The notes under the pieces were generated by a model that searched no databases, was not told the DNA's origin, and worked only from the letters and a program-made list of their open reading frames with translations. A stretch of 41,243 nucleotides of DNA from Welwitschia mirabilis (taxonomy: Eukaryota): assembly GCA_051453625.1 (NCBI GenBank), contig JBOZIK010000001.1, positions 43,590,126 to 43,631,368 on the forward strand, in the 5' to 3' direction. This document shows positions 21,469 through 33,950 of the stretch, in pieces. Both the position numbers and the translations under genes were made by a program. Every line of letters starts with the position of its first letter. Position 1 is the first letter of the stretch.

Positions 21469-23139
21469 CTAGCTTGTTGTAGTCAACTCCTTTCCCCTAC
21501 CAGATACCGTGAATGAATCAGAGTGAGCAAATTGATAGTCTCTTGAAGAACTACCTACCTAAGTACTAATTGCTTGCCTCTGTAGAAGTTTACTATTATA
21601 CTCTGATAACTTAACTTATAATGTATCTTCTTACTAAGTGTTTTTTACTCCCTAATAAAAAAAATGTGGATAATAATAGAAGTAATCTAAATTGGGAAAA
21701 GAATAAAGCATAACATTCTAGCATAAGGGAGCTTACATTACAAATATAAAGTGCATATTAAAAGGTATTGAAATTAAACATCATGAGAAAGATATATATT
21801 AAATTCATGATTATGGTTCTACTTATATTAAAAGAACATATTTTCAATAAGCAAATTCATTCTAATTAAATTCAATATTTTGATCATGCCAAATATTCCA
21901 CCCTCATGAAGTAGATAAGTTTGTCCTAAACTTTAAGTAAGTTCACTTATCATGTTTATAAGTAATAACCTAAATGCTTTAAGTCATGGAAAATAAAAAG
22001 TAAAAGCCAAGAATAAAAAACACACTAATATAAAATAAGAAAAAAAATAAAATAAATCAAATCAAGCTAAATAATGATGATAATAAATATTGAACTAGTC
22101 AAATCCTAAATCCTATCTTCTCAAAACCTAACACTTTATTTGAAAGAAATAAAAAAATTCAAATATTTTTTAAAATATAAATTTTATTTTTTAAGGATTT
22201 GGTCCTATGCTAAATAGAAAAAGCACAATTTACAATTTTAAAATTATCTAACTTAATAGATGAAAATAAACACATTACATTAGAACATATTCCACTTGAA
22301 TAATAAGGACAACAAATGACAATGTACTAATTAAAATTGAATAGAATGAATGAAAAATGCGAATGTACTAATTAAAGTTAACATATCATAGCTATAATCT
22401 TAAGCATCTAGTTAAAAGATGACTGCAAACTAATATCACTTGAAAATGTGAGAATCATGACAAACATCAAGGTATACCTTCTTTTATTTTGGATTCCTTC
22501 CATTATGGAGTGCTTATTTCTAAACCACGACCTTGCTTTTATTATAATTAGTAGGACCCATGAGATAGAACACAGGTCATAAGATAACTTCCCCCAATGT
22601 GATAATCCTCAAGATAGATTAGAACTGATTATCAAAAGTTCTTTCATAATATAAATTAATATTTTATTTTTCTTTTGATAATTCTTTCTCTTTTCAATTT
22701 TCTATGTCTTTTCCATAAATATGAAAAGAAACTTATTCATTATGAAAGTAATAATAACTTACATACTTAAAATGAAGTTGATGAAGAGTCAAAGCATACA
22801 ACATGAGTAAATTAATTAAGTTTATTTTCCTCTCTTAAAATGAAATTTTATAGGCATTTGAATTCCTTTTAATTGGCTAAAATCTAATTGACCATCTATA
22901 ATTTGAACAAACCTAAAATGCTTAAACATACTACATGATAAAAAATTAAAGCAAAATCAAGTTATTAGATCTTGAAAAAGATATATTATCCAAAAACTTA
23001 TATTTACATAAGGGTAAGTAATGGATATCTCTTTAAAAAATGAGTCTTTACTAAATCAGTTAATGTAGTAGAATCTAGTTTCTTTACTTTGCATTTATTG
23101 CTATGCCAAAAGTATAGGTATTTTAACATAGTTATTACA

Positions 23140-23356
23140 TTGTACTTTTTTAGAAAAATTAGGACCAAAGTAAATATAAACCAATTGATAGAACATACAA
23201 GGTATATGATTATTTTTAAGTAAAATTAATTAATATAAAAAAATAAATTGATAAAACCTTGTTATAGTATTTATTTATGCAAAATATTATGTCCTTTATC
23301 AAATCCTATCATTCACAAATATATTGCAAAACAGACATACTAGTATTAACAGGAGT
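23140..23356 (-). mobile_element. Internal-region fragment (23140-23259) interrupted by the 3' end of a family-A LTR (23260-23356)
   Basis: 23140-23259 matches 17775-17895. 23260-23356 is the reverse-complement homologue of the LTR end at 31555-31649. Confidence 0.6.
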
Positions 23357-25291
23357 TGTTGCAATGTGTATTTATGCAAATGTTACATTCTTAAATAAAT
23401 ATCAAAAATCATAAACATATATAGATTTTGCATAACAGCACACTAATATAGATGGAAGTGACTCAAATGTTATAATTCCATCGAATGCATAGGTAAGAAT
23501 AAAGATAATTGATTTTGAAAATAAAACACTTATGTAACATTAGAGTAGAACAAAAGAACAACGTGAAATAATAATGTAAATGAATACACTATGCAAATGA
23601 GATGTAATTTCTATTCTAAATGTAACTTCTATTAAATTAATAGATCAACCTATTATGGAGCTTGGCCTTATATAATCTAGATCAATTAAGGAAATCCATC
23701 ACTAAACCAAAACGAACCTAAGCTATTAGGTATGCCAAATAGAGTATGAAAACAATGTAAAGTTAATATAAAAAATGAAGTGCAATGCATTTAAATTAAT
23801 AATGTCAATCTTAATAAAGGTTTTCCTCATGATATATATCACTAATAAAGTTATCATAGAATAAGAAGCAACATAAATCATAAAGGAGATACACATAACC
23901 AAAGATATAATAAGTAAAACAGAGTTTCAATTAAAGCAAACCAAATATCTATGTTGCAAAGTAATAACACCTCAAAGAAGGATACGCAGTCCAATACCAA
24001 GAAAGAGGTATCTTTAAAAACAAAAATGAATAGAGCTCCTACACTTTAATCTCCTACTATAAGAATTTTTGGTACTAAAGAAGATGAAAATGGAGTGAAA
24101 GATAGAGGAGGTATTTATTACAAAATAGATTCTAAGATCAACAAATACTTATAAACATGCTAATAAGCCTAATAACCATACAAGAAGACGTAAGCCATAT
24201 GGATAGAGTTTGATGAAGTTCGATGAAGTGTTTTTTTAGGTATCATCGTGCTTGGTATATAAACATCACAAGAGATAATGCTACATCATATGAGCTTCAA
24301 ATTAGTTCCTGAATTAATCTAGTAAGCATCCTTCTCAAGTTTAGTATTTCTGTCATCTATACAGTCAACTAGATGATTAGGTGGATGATGAATTTTTGTA
24401 AAGTTTTTTATATGTTACATTAACCTCTTTAATTATAGGATTATTTATTTAGATAGGAAGTATTGCGAATTTCTTCAAATTCTATTGAATGTAATGAAGA
24501 CTGCATGTTTTTGTAACATTTGTCTTCATATTTATTATCATTAGAACTTAGCATAAACCTATTTAATTTCCTATAAAACTACTTAAAATACCCTATCAAA
24601 TACATATAATTTGGTAGTACAACATAGTCCCCTACTTAGCCTTATTAGTTCCTAACAAAATAAAGTAAACAACCTTAATTATGAGTCAAATTGACTAATA
24701 ATAAATAAACTAAGAAATTGTAAAATAAACTTAGAATAATAGTAGGAATCTTAGAAAGTAGAACAAAAATTTAAAAAATAGAAAAATAAATATTTCACTA
24801 TATAATACAACTACCCATACTATCATCTTAGTGGTCATCTAGTTGATGGAAGGGATGACAAGTTAAAAAATTATTTTTAAAAAATAGAAATATATGAAAA
24901 TTTTTTTAGAAAGATAAACATTAAATGCCTTAACAATTAATATCCCTACACTCAAATGTATAACAAATAAAAAATATCATGTATAACTCTCATCATGAAG
25001 TGTTAAAAATTATGTTTAAAAATATGTATAATATCCAGTAATAAAATGTACACCATAATGATACTAAAAAATGATATATATATATATATATATAAACAAT
25101 GAGTTTTATACAATTTATAGAGTAAAAGATACATAATATAATATAAATAANNNNNNNNNNNNNNNNNNNNNNNNNNNNNNNNNNNNNNNNNNNNNNNNNN
25201 NNNNNNNNNNNNNNNNNNNNNNNNNNNNNNNNNNNNNNNNNNNNNNNNNNTATTATATCCAGTAATAAAATTTACACAATAATGATACTAA

Positions 25292-25296
<5 letters not shown>

Positions 25297-25334
<38 letters not shown>
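25297..25334. repeat. (TA)n microsatellite (shorter duplicate at ~25074-25094 across the gap)
   Basis: Directly visible dinucleotide run. Confidence 0.9.
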
Positions 25335-25337
<3 letters not shown>

Positions 25338-25429
25338 AATGAGTTTTATACAATTTATAGAGGAAAAGATACATAATATAATATAAATAAGTCACTACCC
25401 TTGTCTAGTTATGATGAACTCCTAATGTG

Positions 25430-26620
25430 TAATAAGCTCAAATGCAGGTGGAGAAGAAGAAGAACAGTCAAGATGTACAGGAAAATAGTGGTCCAATAAT
25501 GTCATAATGGTACATGTTGTCTCATCTCCCTACACTCTAACTATCTCTAGGAGGTTTACCATCACATCACGCTTAACCCATAAGATGTGCTATCACACAT
25601 CAATCCACTACTCCTTAATGTGATCTACTCTCCTATCAACCATCATAATCCTCTGATCAAGGGTAGAGATGCCTTAATCTACTATCTCTCAGATAGTCTA
25701 TGTGGTCTCACCAATGTACTGCTAACCCTAGGTTTCTATACCTAAGGTTTCTATGGATCTATTGGTATCTAGATGTTTATATCTTATAGGTAATTAAGAT
25801 AAACTCTAGAAATGTATAAACCTTTGCTCACCTATAGGCTCTAGTATGCTAAAGAATCGGAACATGACTAAGAGAAGCATGGATATCTCAGAGTCTAAAG
25901 CTATCATGCCTCAATCATAACCTTGAATCTCCTCTAGATAAAAGTTGATAGGTCCATCTAATTCCTCTACTTGAATACTACTAAATCTATAGATGTGAAA
26001 CCATTACATAACTATCATGAAATGATAGACCAATGTTATAAATCAGTTCTCTATGTACGAACCAATAGGGAAGTGACAAATATGTAATTAAAACTCTCCA
26101 CTTATCTATCGTTAAATCAATTAGAATATCAAGAACTACATTATAAGCATACTTCTCTTTTATTTCATAAGCTAAATTTATATGTGTACTCCTGAGACCA
26201 CCTAGGTTAATTACTATAGCAATGTGGTTTGGGAGGATCATGATCTCATGGCCTTAAATAGTAGCTACTATCATGTCAAAGAGCTAGCCATGATTGTTAA
26301 TATGTCACTCTATATAATATGTGTTATAGAATTTACCAGTATCTAATACATAGCATACCCTCTATGCATCTAAAATCTATAAGAGCTATAGATATGTAAG
26401 CCTATAATCCACCTCTAGTTCTAATCATCTCAGAGAATTCCCAAAATATTTCTCAACATGGATAGTTGTGGTCTGATTCATGAGGGATATAGCATGATGA
26501 GGTGGAGGGATGATTAGCTTTACTCTCTCAATCTCTAGTGGTACCAATTGGCCTACCTCCTACTCTACAAGCTTAGCCTTTACCTTGACATATCTATCTC
26601 CATATGTATATGGACTAATC
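25430..26620 (-). pseudogene. Athila env-like (ATHILA ORF / putative plant transposon protein) relic
   Basis: A long, mostly single frame with point stops reads GKFYNTYY...IVATI*GHEIMILPNHIAIVINL (cf. EFYAN...VRG..I.....IN..L), then MDLSTFI, LRYPC, a coiled-coil-like ISTLDQRIMMVDRRVDHIKE and a SSSSPP tail. It lies upstream of the PPT, where Athila env-like ORFs are found. Confidence 0.6.
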
Positions 26621-28291
26621 ATCCATAAATATAAAATGCATCATTTAAAGTCAAGTGGAAATCTCTAAAATATGTCATGTGAAGCTCAAAATGATTTTAA
26701 AAATTGGTAAAAATCATAAAAATATATCTTAACCCCTCTTAGAAGTGTCAAGACATCTCATATTAACTAATCATATGAAGAAAGATGAAAAACATCTATG
26801 AAGATTGAAAAGTGTAAACTAGGTGGGCCTTATATAAGGTGAAAAATGAAAGTGCTTAAATGAAAACTCTAATTTACTAAAATCATAAAGCACATCATAA
26901 TAATCATTTTTTTTAAAAAAATAATATTTTGACTTATGGTTTGTAAGAATATGAGTGTTAAGATAGAAAACCTAATTCTACCTTGTAAAGCATACAATTT
27001 ATCATATCTCATAGAATATGTGATGAAAATCAGATCTATAAGTTCCAAATTGAACAAAACTAAAAACTAGATAATATATGTGGAAAATACATGCTAAAAG
27101 GCTCAAAAATGGGAAGAAAAAATTAGAAATAATAAGGAAGAAAAAAAGATACTTCATTTTGCAAAATCTAATAAAAACTCACAGCTCAGGGCAAGAATTG
27201 AACTGGGATAAGTTCTTGAATCTTGGTAGGAATTATAGGAATTGTTGTTTCTCAAGATAATAGAATAAAACAATAGAGAATAGAATAGAAATGAAGGAAA
27301 AAAAAGTGATCCATAATTTTATCATACTATCATTTGATTGTGTCATTTAGATGACAACCCTAAGATAACTATTAAAAAAAATCCTACTATCATCATCCAA
27401 TGTCATTTGGATGACTACGTGGAGAATGGAACTTGAAAAANNNNNNNNNNNNNNNNNNNNNNNNNNNNNNNNNNNNNNNNNNNNNNNNNNNNNNNNNNNN
27501 NNNNNNNNNNNNNNNNNNNNNNNNNNNNNNNNNNNNNNNNNNNNNNNNNNNNNNNNNNNNNNNNNNNNNNNNNNNNNNNNNNNNNNNNNNNNNNNNNNNN
27601 NNNNNNNNNNNNNNNNNNNNNNNNNNNNNNNNNNNNNNNNNNNNNNNNNNNNNNNNNNNNNNNNNNNNNNNNNNNNNNNNNNNNNNNNNNNNNNNNNNNN
27701 NNNNNNNNNNNNNNNNNNNNNNNNNNNNNNNNNNNNNNNNNNNNNNNNNNNNNNNNNNNNNNNNNNNNNNNNNNNNNNNNNNNNNNNNNNNNNNNNNNNN
27801 NNNNNNNNNNNNNNNNNNNNNNNNNNNNNNNNNNNNNNNNNNNNNNNNNNNNNNNNNNNNNNNNNNNNNNNNNNNNNNNNNNNNNNNNNNNNNNNNNNNN
27901 NNNNNNNNNNNNNNNNNNNNNNNNNNNNNNNNNNNNNNNNNNNNNNNNNNNNNNNNNNNNNNNNNNNNNNNNNNNNNNNNNNNNNNNNNNNNNNNNNNNN
28001 NNNNNNNNNNNNNNNNNNNNNNNNNNNNNNNNNNNNNNNNNNNNNNNNNNNNNNNNNNNNNNNNNNNNNNNNNNNNNNNNNNNNNNNNNNNNNNNNNNNN
28101 NNNNNNNNNNNNNNNNNNNNNNNNNNNNNNNNNNNNNNNNNNNNNNNNNNNNNNNNNNNNNNNNNNNNNNNNNNNNNNNNNNNNNNNNNNNNNNNNNNNN
28201 NNNNNNNNNNNNNNNNNNNNNNNNNNNNNNNNNNNNNNNNNNNNNNNNNNNNNNNNNNNNNNNNNNNNNNNNNNNNNNNNNNNNNNNNNNN

Positions 28292-29424
28292 AATCATGAA
28301 TATTAAGAGAAGATTGTCTAGTTAAAATGCTAAAAGAAAATAAACTTATAGGTAATAAAAACAACATGAATAACAACAAGGAACTACTAAGTAATAAGTC
28401 CTATATGATAATAAAAAAATATAAAAATGACTTTAAAATAACAAATGAAAGAATCAAAGAAAGACAAAATGAAAATAGATATGAGAACCATGCAAAGGAT
28501 AGCTTATCTAACCCAAATTCTAATCTAGCAAACCCTATTAGAAGACATCATAAAGTCACTTGAGTAAAAATGCATGATAAAATGTATTAACTTCATAATG
28601 TTCTACTTGAAAAGTAGTTATTATATGAAATCAAAGATTAAGTGCTTAAAATAATGAATGATAAGATCAAAAGTTACTCAAAAATGAACTCACTTACTTA
28701 CATCCCAAAACACACTTGAATACTTAAAAGTAAAATTATCATATGGGAATACTAAGAGTTTAGAAAATAAAAAATGCCTCTAATGATACTAGGAATACTA
28801 TTAATCCCATATAATTAAAGTTTATTACTACTTTCCATGATGAGGGAAGTGCAGCCATAGATAAATAAGTAAGAACCCACAAAGCATGATTAACTGACCC
28901 CCCATTGGAGTTCCCATAGATACCAATACTGGTAAAGCCTCCTTTTATAAAAATTTACCTTGGTATGGTAGGACATCATGTTGACCATGTATTTTAGCAT
29001 AGATATAATATGTTATGATTTTTTTCCTACATAAATAATTTCCACATGATTACATACTCAAAATGATAAAGGTGAATAAGTAAGATGCAAGATAAAAAGG
29101 AACACACCTAAATAACCAAAGACATCATACTATTTAAAATAAAAAGCACAAAACCAAGGTATATTTCATAGATATGTGAATGTCTTAAGATTGGATAAAT
29201 TCAGTCTTATCACCATAAAAAAGCCCAACTATGAGTACTACTAATGGAAATTTCATAGAGCAAAGACATAAGTTAAGTTTTAAAGATGATCAAATGATAT
29301 CATAACATCTACCAAAGGAATAAGATAAGAAAATTCAGATAATGGTAGGGAGGATGTCCTTTTCATTGAGAAAAACCTTCAAAACAATTACTTCTATTAT
29401 GTTCAAGATTACATTAAAAGTTTT
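28292..29424 (-). mobile_element. 3' non-coding region of the - strand Athila-like host element
   Basis: It directly follows the integrase end and is homologous to 16540-17500 and to the reverse complement of 760-1760 and 10260-11440. Confidence 0.7.
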
Positions 29425-29989
29425 TCATATATTTTTAACCTTTTTCCATTAACTTTCTGAATCTAAATTTGAATAGAGCTATTATAATGTACTTTTTCTA
29501 CAAAATAAGGACCAAACCATTTAGAAGTCAACTTGTTAGGTACAAGACGTACTCTAGTATCATATAAAATAATAATTTAGCTAGGTTTAAACTTTTTATA
29601 AAATAATTTTCTATCATGTTTAAACTTAGCTTGGGCTATGAGAATGAGTTGATGATGTATAGCATAAGTATGCTTTTCATCTAAGTGATTAAATTGGAAT
29701 AATTTATTTTAAAGGTTTTCATGAAGGTCTACAAGATTAACTTGATAAGAAGAATGATAATAGTTATAAAATACATTAATAGATAAAATACAAACTTTTC
29801 TATATACATGTTCATAAGGTAAAAAACTAAGATAATTATGTCAAGTAGTATGGTAAGCCAAAGAATGTCATTAATCTTATAAGCTGAAGATTTCTTATTA
29901 GAAAGATAAGTTTCTATAGCATTTTATTTATTTCTTTATTTGCATTTTTAGCTTGACCATTGATTTATGGATGATAAGCATAAGATACT
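29425..29989 (-). pseudogene. pol: Gypsy/Athila integrase C-terminal part (- strand host)
   Basis: The reverse complement reads VSYAYHP*INGQAKNANKE, INDILW, PYEHVYRKVCIL, KFKHDRK..FKPS, LTSKWFGPYFVEK and QKVNGKRLKIY. Confidence 0.88.
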
Positions 29990-31649
29990 TGATGTGTTAC
30001 TAAATTTTATGTAATTGATGAAGTATTATGAGTTATTTTACAAGATATTTATATAGGTTTAGATGTAATTTTTATTAGTATAAATATTTAATGGGATGAT
30101 TATAGAAACACATAATTCTTAGCATGTGTAGAGGTATTTTAGGAATATTCTAATATTTAGTTCTTGGAGAAGATTAATGATGTAAAAGAGAGACTTCTTT
30201 TAAGCTAAAAAGATAAGAAAGACTATTCTCCCCACTTTCATCCCAATGACACATAGGACAACAACACTATAAAAGCTATTTCTGATGTTAACATGGACTA
30301 GAGCTAGAAGCCAATGAGTCCTCTTTTCTAAAAATGTGTCATCCCTAGTGTCATTGATATAACATTTAAGATGATATCTGATGACTCATGTGTTATCATC
30401 TCAAGTGTTATTCCTATGAATGACACTGAAATGGTTAGCTAACTTTCATCTATTTCATTTGTTTCATTCTCTAGATTGAGTGTGTTTTTTGTGCATGTTG
30501 AGTGATAGTTATGCTTTCTTTATTATATAAATAAACTCTTCTTTATTCTTTCTATCAGCTTCAATGAACTATAAATTCTTATAATAGGAGATCAAAAGGA
30601 TGGAAGATCCATCTTGAGTAGTTGAAGAGAGAGATTTCCATGGTGTTATACTATGCCTTCTCCATTAAGGTATGACTAGCTTATAACCTAGATGCTAATT
30701 TGATTAAGATAAAATTTATTTCTCTTTCATTTCTTAAATACGTTGAATATCCCTTATGGTTTATATTATTCTTAATTCAATAACAATTTTACTTATGGTA
30801 TAGTTCTTAAGCATAACCTTTGTTAAAGTTAATGATATTAGTTTTGTAATAAATTTTCCATTACATTCTATTCAACTTACTTAATAGCTTAAGTTAGTCT
30901 TAATTAGTGACAGTTTCCCTAGCTAATTTAGGTTATGCAGAACCAGTCTTCTTGATAAATCAATTTGGTAATCGAATAGGTATTCATCTAGGTTAAGTTA
31001 CATTTGCATTACATTATATGTATATTTTTGTACATCATTGCATTAAAGTTTAGTAGGGTACAATATTTCTTTGAAAATTAATTCTCACCTTTCTCTCACA
31101 TACCTTCAATGGTTTTATAAGGTTTGAGTTACTCCCATCTAAACTAGCATATCATATTTGCAATATATTTATTTGTAATTAATAAGATTTAATAAAGGAC
31201 AATACATTATAAAATTATGCACTACAACATCTCGACACCATGACCAGGGAAGGCTACTAAGGAGTATGAAGTTTGTTGCCACTCATGTGAGAAAATCAAA
31301 CTTCAATTCAAATATTTATATATAATGACATTGTATTTCTAGTTAAGAATCATAGGTTCTTTATTTGTAGTTTTTAGCTTTTTCAGTTTATAATAATAGT
31401 TTGTCATTTCCTCTATAATTGACGCAACATTGCATCGTGTAGTTATTTTCATTACACCATTACATTAAAGTTTAATGGGATATAATATTTCTTTAGAAAT
31501 CAATTATTCCTTTTTTTCTTACACTTCTTTAATGGGTTTATAACATTTGGGTCACTCCCCTCTATATTAGTATGACATATTTGCAATATATTTATTTGTG
31601 ATTGATAGGATTTGATAAAGGATAGAACATTACAAAATTACACATCACA
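29990..31649 (+). mobile_element. Internally deleted Athila-like element: full 5' LTR (29990-31229), PBS, ~190 bp leader, then only the last ~230 bp of the 3' LTR
   Basis: The LTR runs TGATGTGTTAC...GCACTACAACA. A PBS-like TCTCGACACCATGACCAGGGA spans 31230-31250. ~31420-31649 repeats the LTR end. The flanks ATACT and CTACT match at 4 of 5 positions. The host frame GINHKV|SYAYHP rejoins across the insert. Confidence 0.82.
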
Positions 31650-32519
31650 CTACTTTATGGTTAATTCCAATGGATAAAAGAGGTTTTCTTTAAAGTTAAC
31701 TAATAAAATGAGTTTCTTGATCACTAATGTTAATTTTAGAAAAAACAAAATGATAAAAAATATGAGTTCTAAGAAAAGTACAAATAGTTCAGGAATCACT
31801 TGTAACAGTAAGAATAACTTTAATCCATTTAGTAACATAATTAATAGTCACTAAAATATAGTTTTTATCATTACAAGGTGGTCCAATAGGACTTGTAAAA
31901 TTAATTCCTCTAATAATCAAAAGGTTTACATTTAAGAATAGATTTAAGGATAATTTCATAAGAAAAAATAAGGCTAGCATAACATTAACAAGCACCACAT
32001 CTTCTAGAAAAATCAAAAGAGTTTTAAAAAGACTATGTAAATAAAAGTAAGAGTGAAGAATTTTCATTGCTATTTTTTATCTACTAAAATCACCTTCATA
32101 AACATCACCATGATAAAAATGAAGGATGTCTAATCTTTCCCATTTGGGCATATATTTTCTGATGATTTGGTCTTTGCACCTATAATAAAGATGTGGTTAT
32201 ATTCATTCATAATCATCTATTCTATGGAGAAAGGATTCTCTTTAATTATGAGTCCAATATTATGGTGTTTTTATAATAATAAAATAATTAACTATATCAG
32301 TGTACCAAGGAGAAGGATGAGTGGAAGATATAACAAAATGTTGTTCATCTAAAGAAGAATCATCAATTATAAGATCATAAAGAGAAGAAGAAAGACATGA
32401 TAAATAATATGCTACACTACTATATTTTTCTACTTTATCAATAATGATAAGATTAAATTCTTGCATGAAGAGGATCCATCTAATGAATTTAGAATTAGAA
32501 TCTTTCTTGATCATAAGGT
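31650..32519 (-). pseudogene. pol: Gypsy/Athila pol: end of RNase H, integrase zinc finger and core (- strand host)
   Basis: ORF 32260-32514 gives KFIRWILFMQEFNL..PWYTDIVNY and ORF 31789-32067 gives KNYILVTINYVTKWIKVI. LHFYHGDVYEGDFS is also readable. Confidence 0.9.
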
Positions 32520-33884
32520 TGTTAGATTATGTATTATTAAATTAATGTCAAACTAATGTTTTTTGTGAAGTAAAATTTGTATATCTTATGCAAAAACTAT
32601 TAATCACTTATAGATTAGAATCTAAAGCAAGGAATGTCATTTTTTGATCATTGAAACCTGTCAAGTTTGATNNNNNNNNNNNNNNNNNNNNNNNNNNNNN
32701 NNNNNNNNNNNNNNNNNNNNNNNNNNNNNNNNNNNNNNNNNNNNNNNNNNNNNNNNTGATTGGACTTCTGAGAGTTCGACTGGACTTATGAATCTAAGAA
32801 CTATTACTCTTGAATAGATTGTCAAGAAATTGATCAAACTTATGAGGAGTCAACTAGACCTAAGTAGTGTGTTCCTGATATTCCTGAGCTAATCATCAAG
32901 GAGTCTACTAAATACCTAAGGGATCAACTAGACCTGATGCAAAAAACTAGAATAAATCTTTATTAGGAAAAGTGAGTGATAGGATAGATATATGAGCAAC
33001 TGTATGAGAAGTCAACTAGACCCTAAGGAGTTAACTGGACATGAAGCTATAAAAAACTAAGGCAACCAAACATTTTAGTTGGACTACTTATTTAAGTCAC
33101 AGCACTAGGAGGGGTCAACCAAATACTTAAGGGGTTGGTCAGATGAAATGAAAACAAAGAAATTTATATCTATTATGTATCTATTATGTGGTTATTTCTA
33201 GCCATTGAAAGTACATTTTTAAGTGTAATAAATCCTAAAAGTTTTCCATTATAAATAGCTAAGAGAAAAATCACTGAGAAAACTTTTTTAATCTTTTTCT
33301 AAATTATTGAAAGTGGTGATTAATCATTGTACTAGCTTGGAATTTCATTTCTAACCAAGGACAATTAGACATCTTTTGTATCTTTGCATATAAGGTTAGA
33401 TCTTGTACTTCATTATTATAGTTCATATCATTTATATGAGAAGAGCTTCATTACTATTATTATGCTAAATAATAAGTGATATTAGTGCACTAAGGAATTT
33501 TTCTAATCTTTATCATATCTTCTAAATGTTGAGACTTAGCCTACAAAAGTCCATTTGAAAAGTTAAAACTTAGTTTGTAAAATTCATATGTAAAGGTTAT
33601 AGGTGAACCTGAGATACCTAAAAGAGTTAATAAAGATCTAGATCAAGATTGGTCGTAAGCTGATCATTGAGAGTGAAGTAGGGTGTTTTTTGAACCACTA
33701 TAAAACTTGCATACATCTATTCAATATTTTTATGTTATCCATTATTTTCATTTTTTAGATTACCTTCAGTTCTTATGCACAAGTTTTCAGTAATCTCTTT
33801 AAGAAAATTTTTATCATGATATTATTTAAATATTACTATATAACCTATTCATCCCTCCTCCCTTTGAGGATCTTAATTTATGCA
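32520..33884 (+). repeat. Copia 5' LTR (contains an N gap; TATA-like TATAAATAG at 33250)
   Basis: It runs TGTTAGATTATGTATTATT...ATTTATGCA and is colinear with 39317-40625. Confidence 0.9.
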
Positions 33885-33886
33885 AT

Positions 33887-33898
33887 TGGTATTAGAAC
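33887..33898 (+). other. Primer-binding site, initiator tRNA-Met type
   Basis: TGGTATTAGAAC lies 2 nt after the LTR end; the canonical sequence is TGGTATCAGAGC. Confidence 0.85.
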
Positions 33899-33950
33899 TA
33901 AGTTAAGTCCATTTTTAGATTTTAACAAATCTATACTCTAGAACCTAAAA

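Larger units (their letters stand above)
23357..27440 (-). mobile_element. 3' part of an Athila-like element with an env-like ORF relic, PPT and 3' LTR (23357-24624)
   Basis: The LTR reverse complement starts TGTTGTACTACCAAATT at 24624 and ends CATTGCAACA at 23357. The PPT (rc ATAAGGCTAAGTAGGGGACTA) spans 24625-24645. The element runs into the large gap at 27441. Confidence 0.72.

Noticed and set aside
27347..28379. Long ORFs of 288-328 aa in the ORF track (also 36111-36707 and the short gap-spanning ORFs)
   Set aside because: They consist almost entirely of X residues from N gaps and are artefacts.
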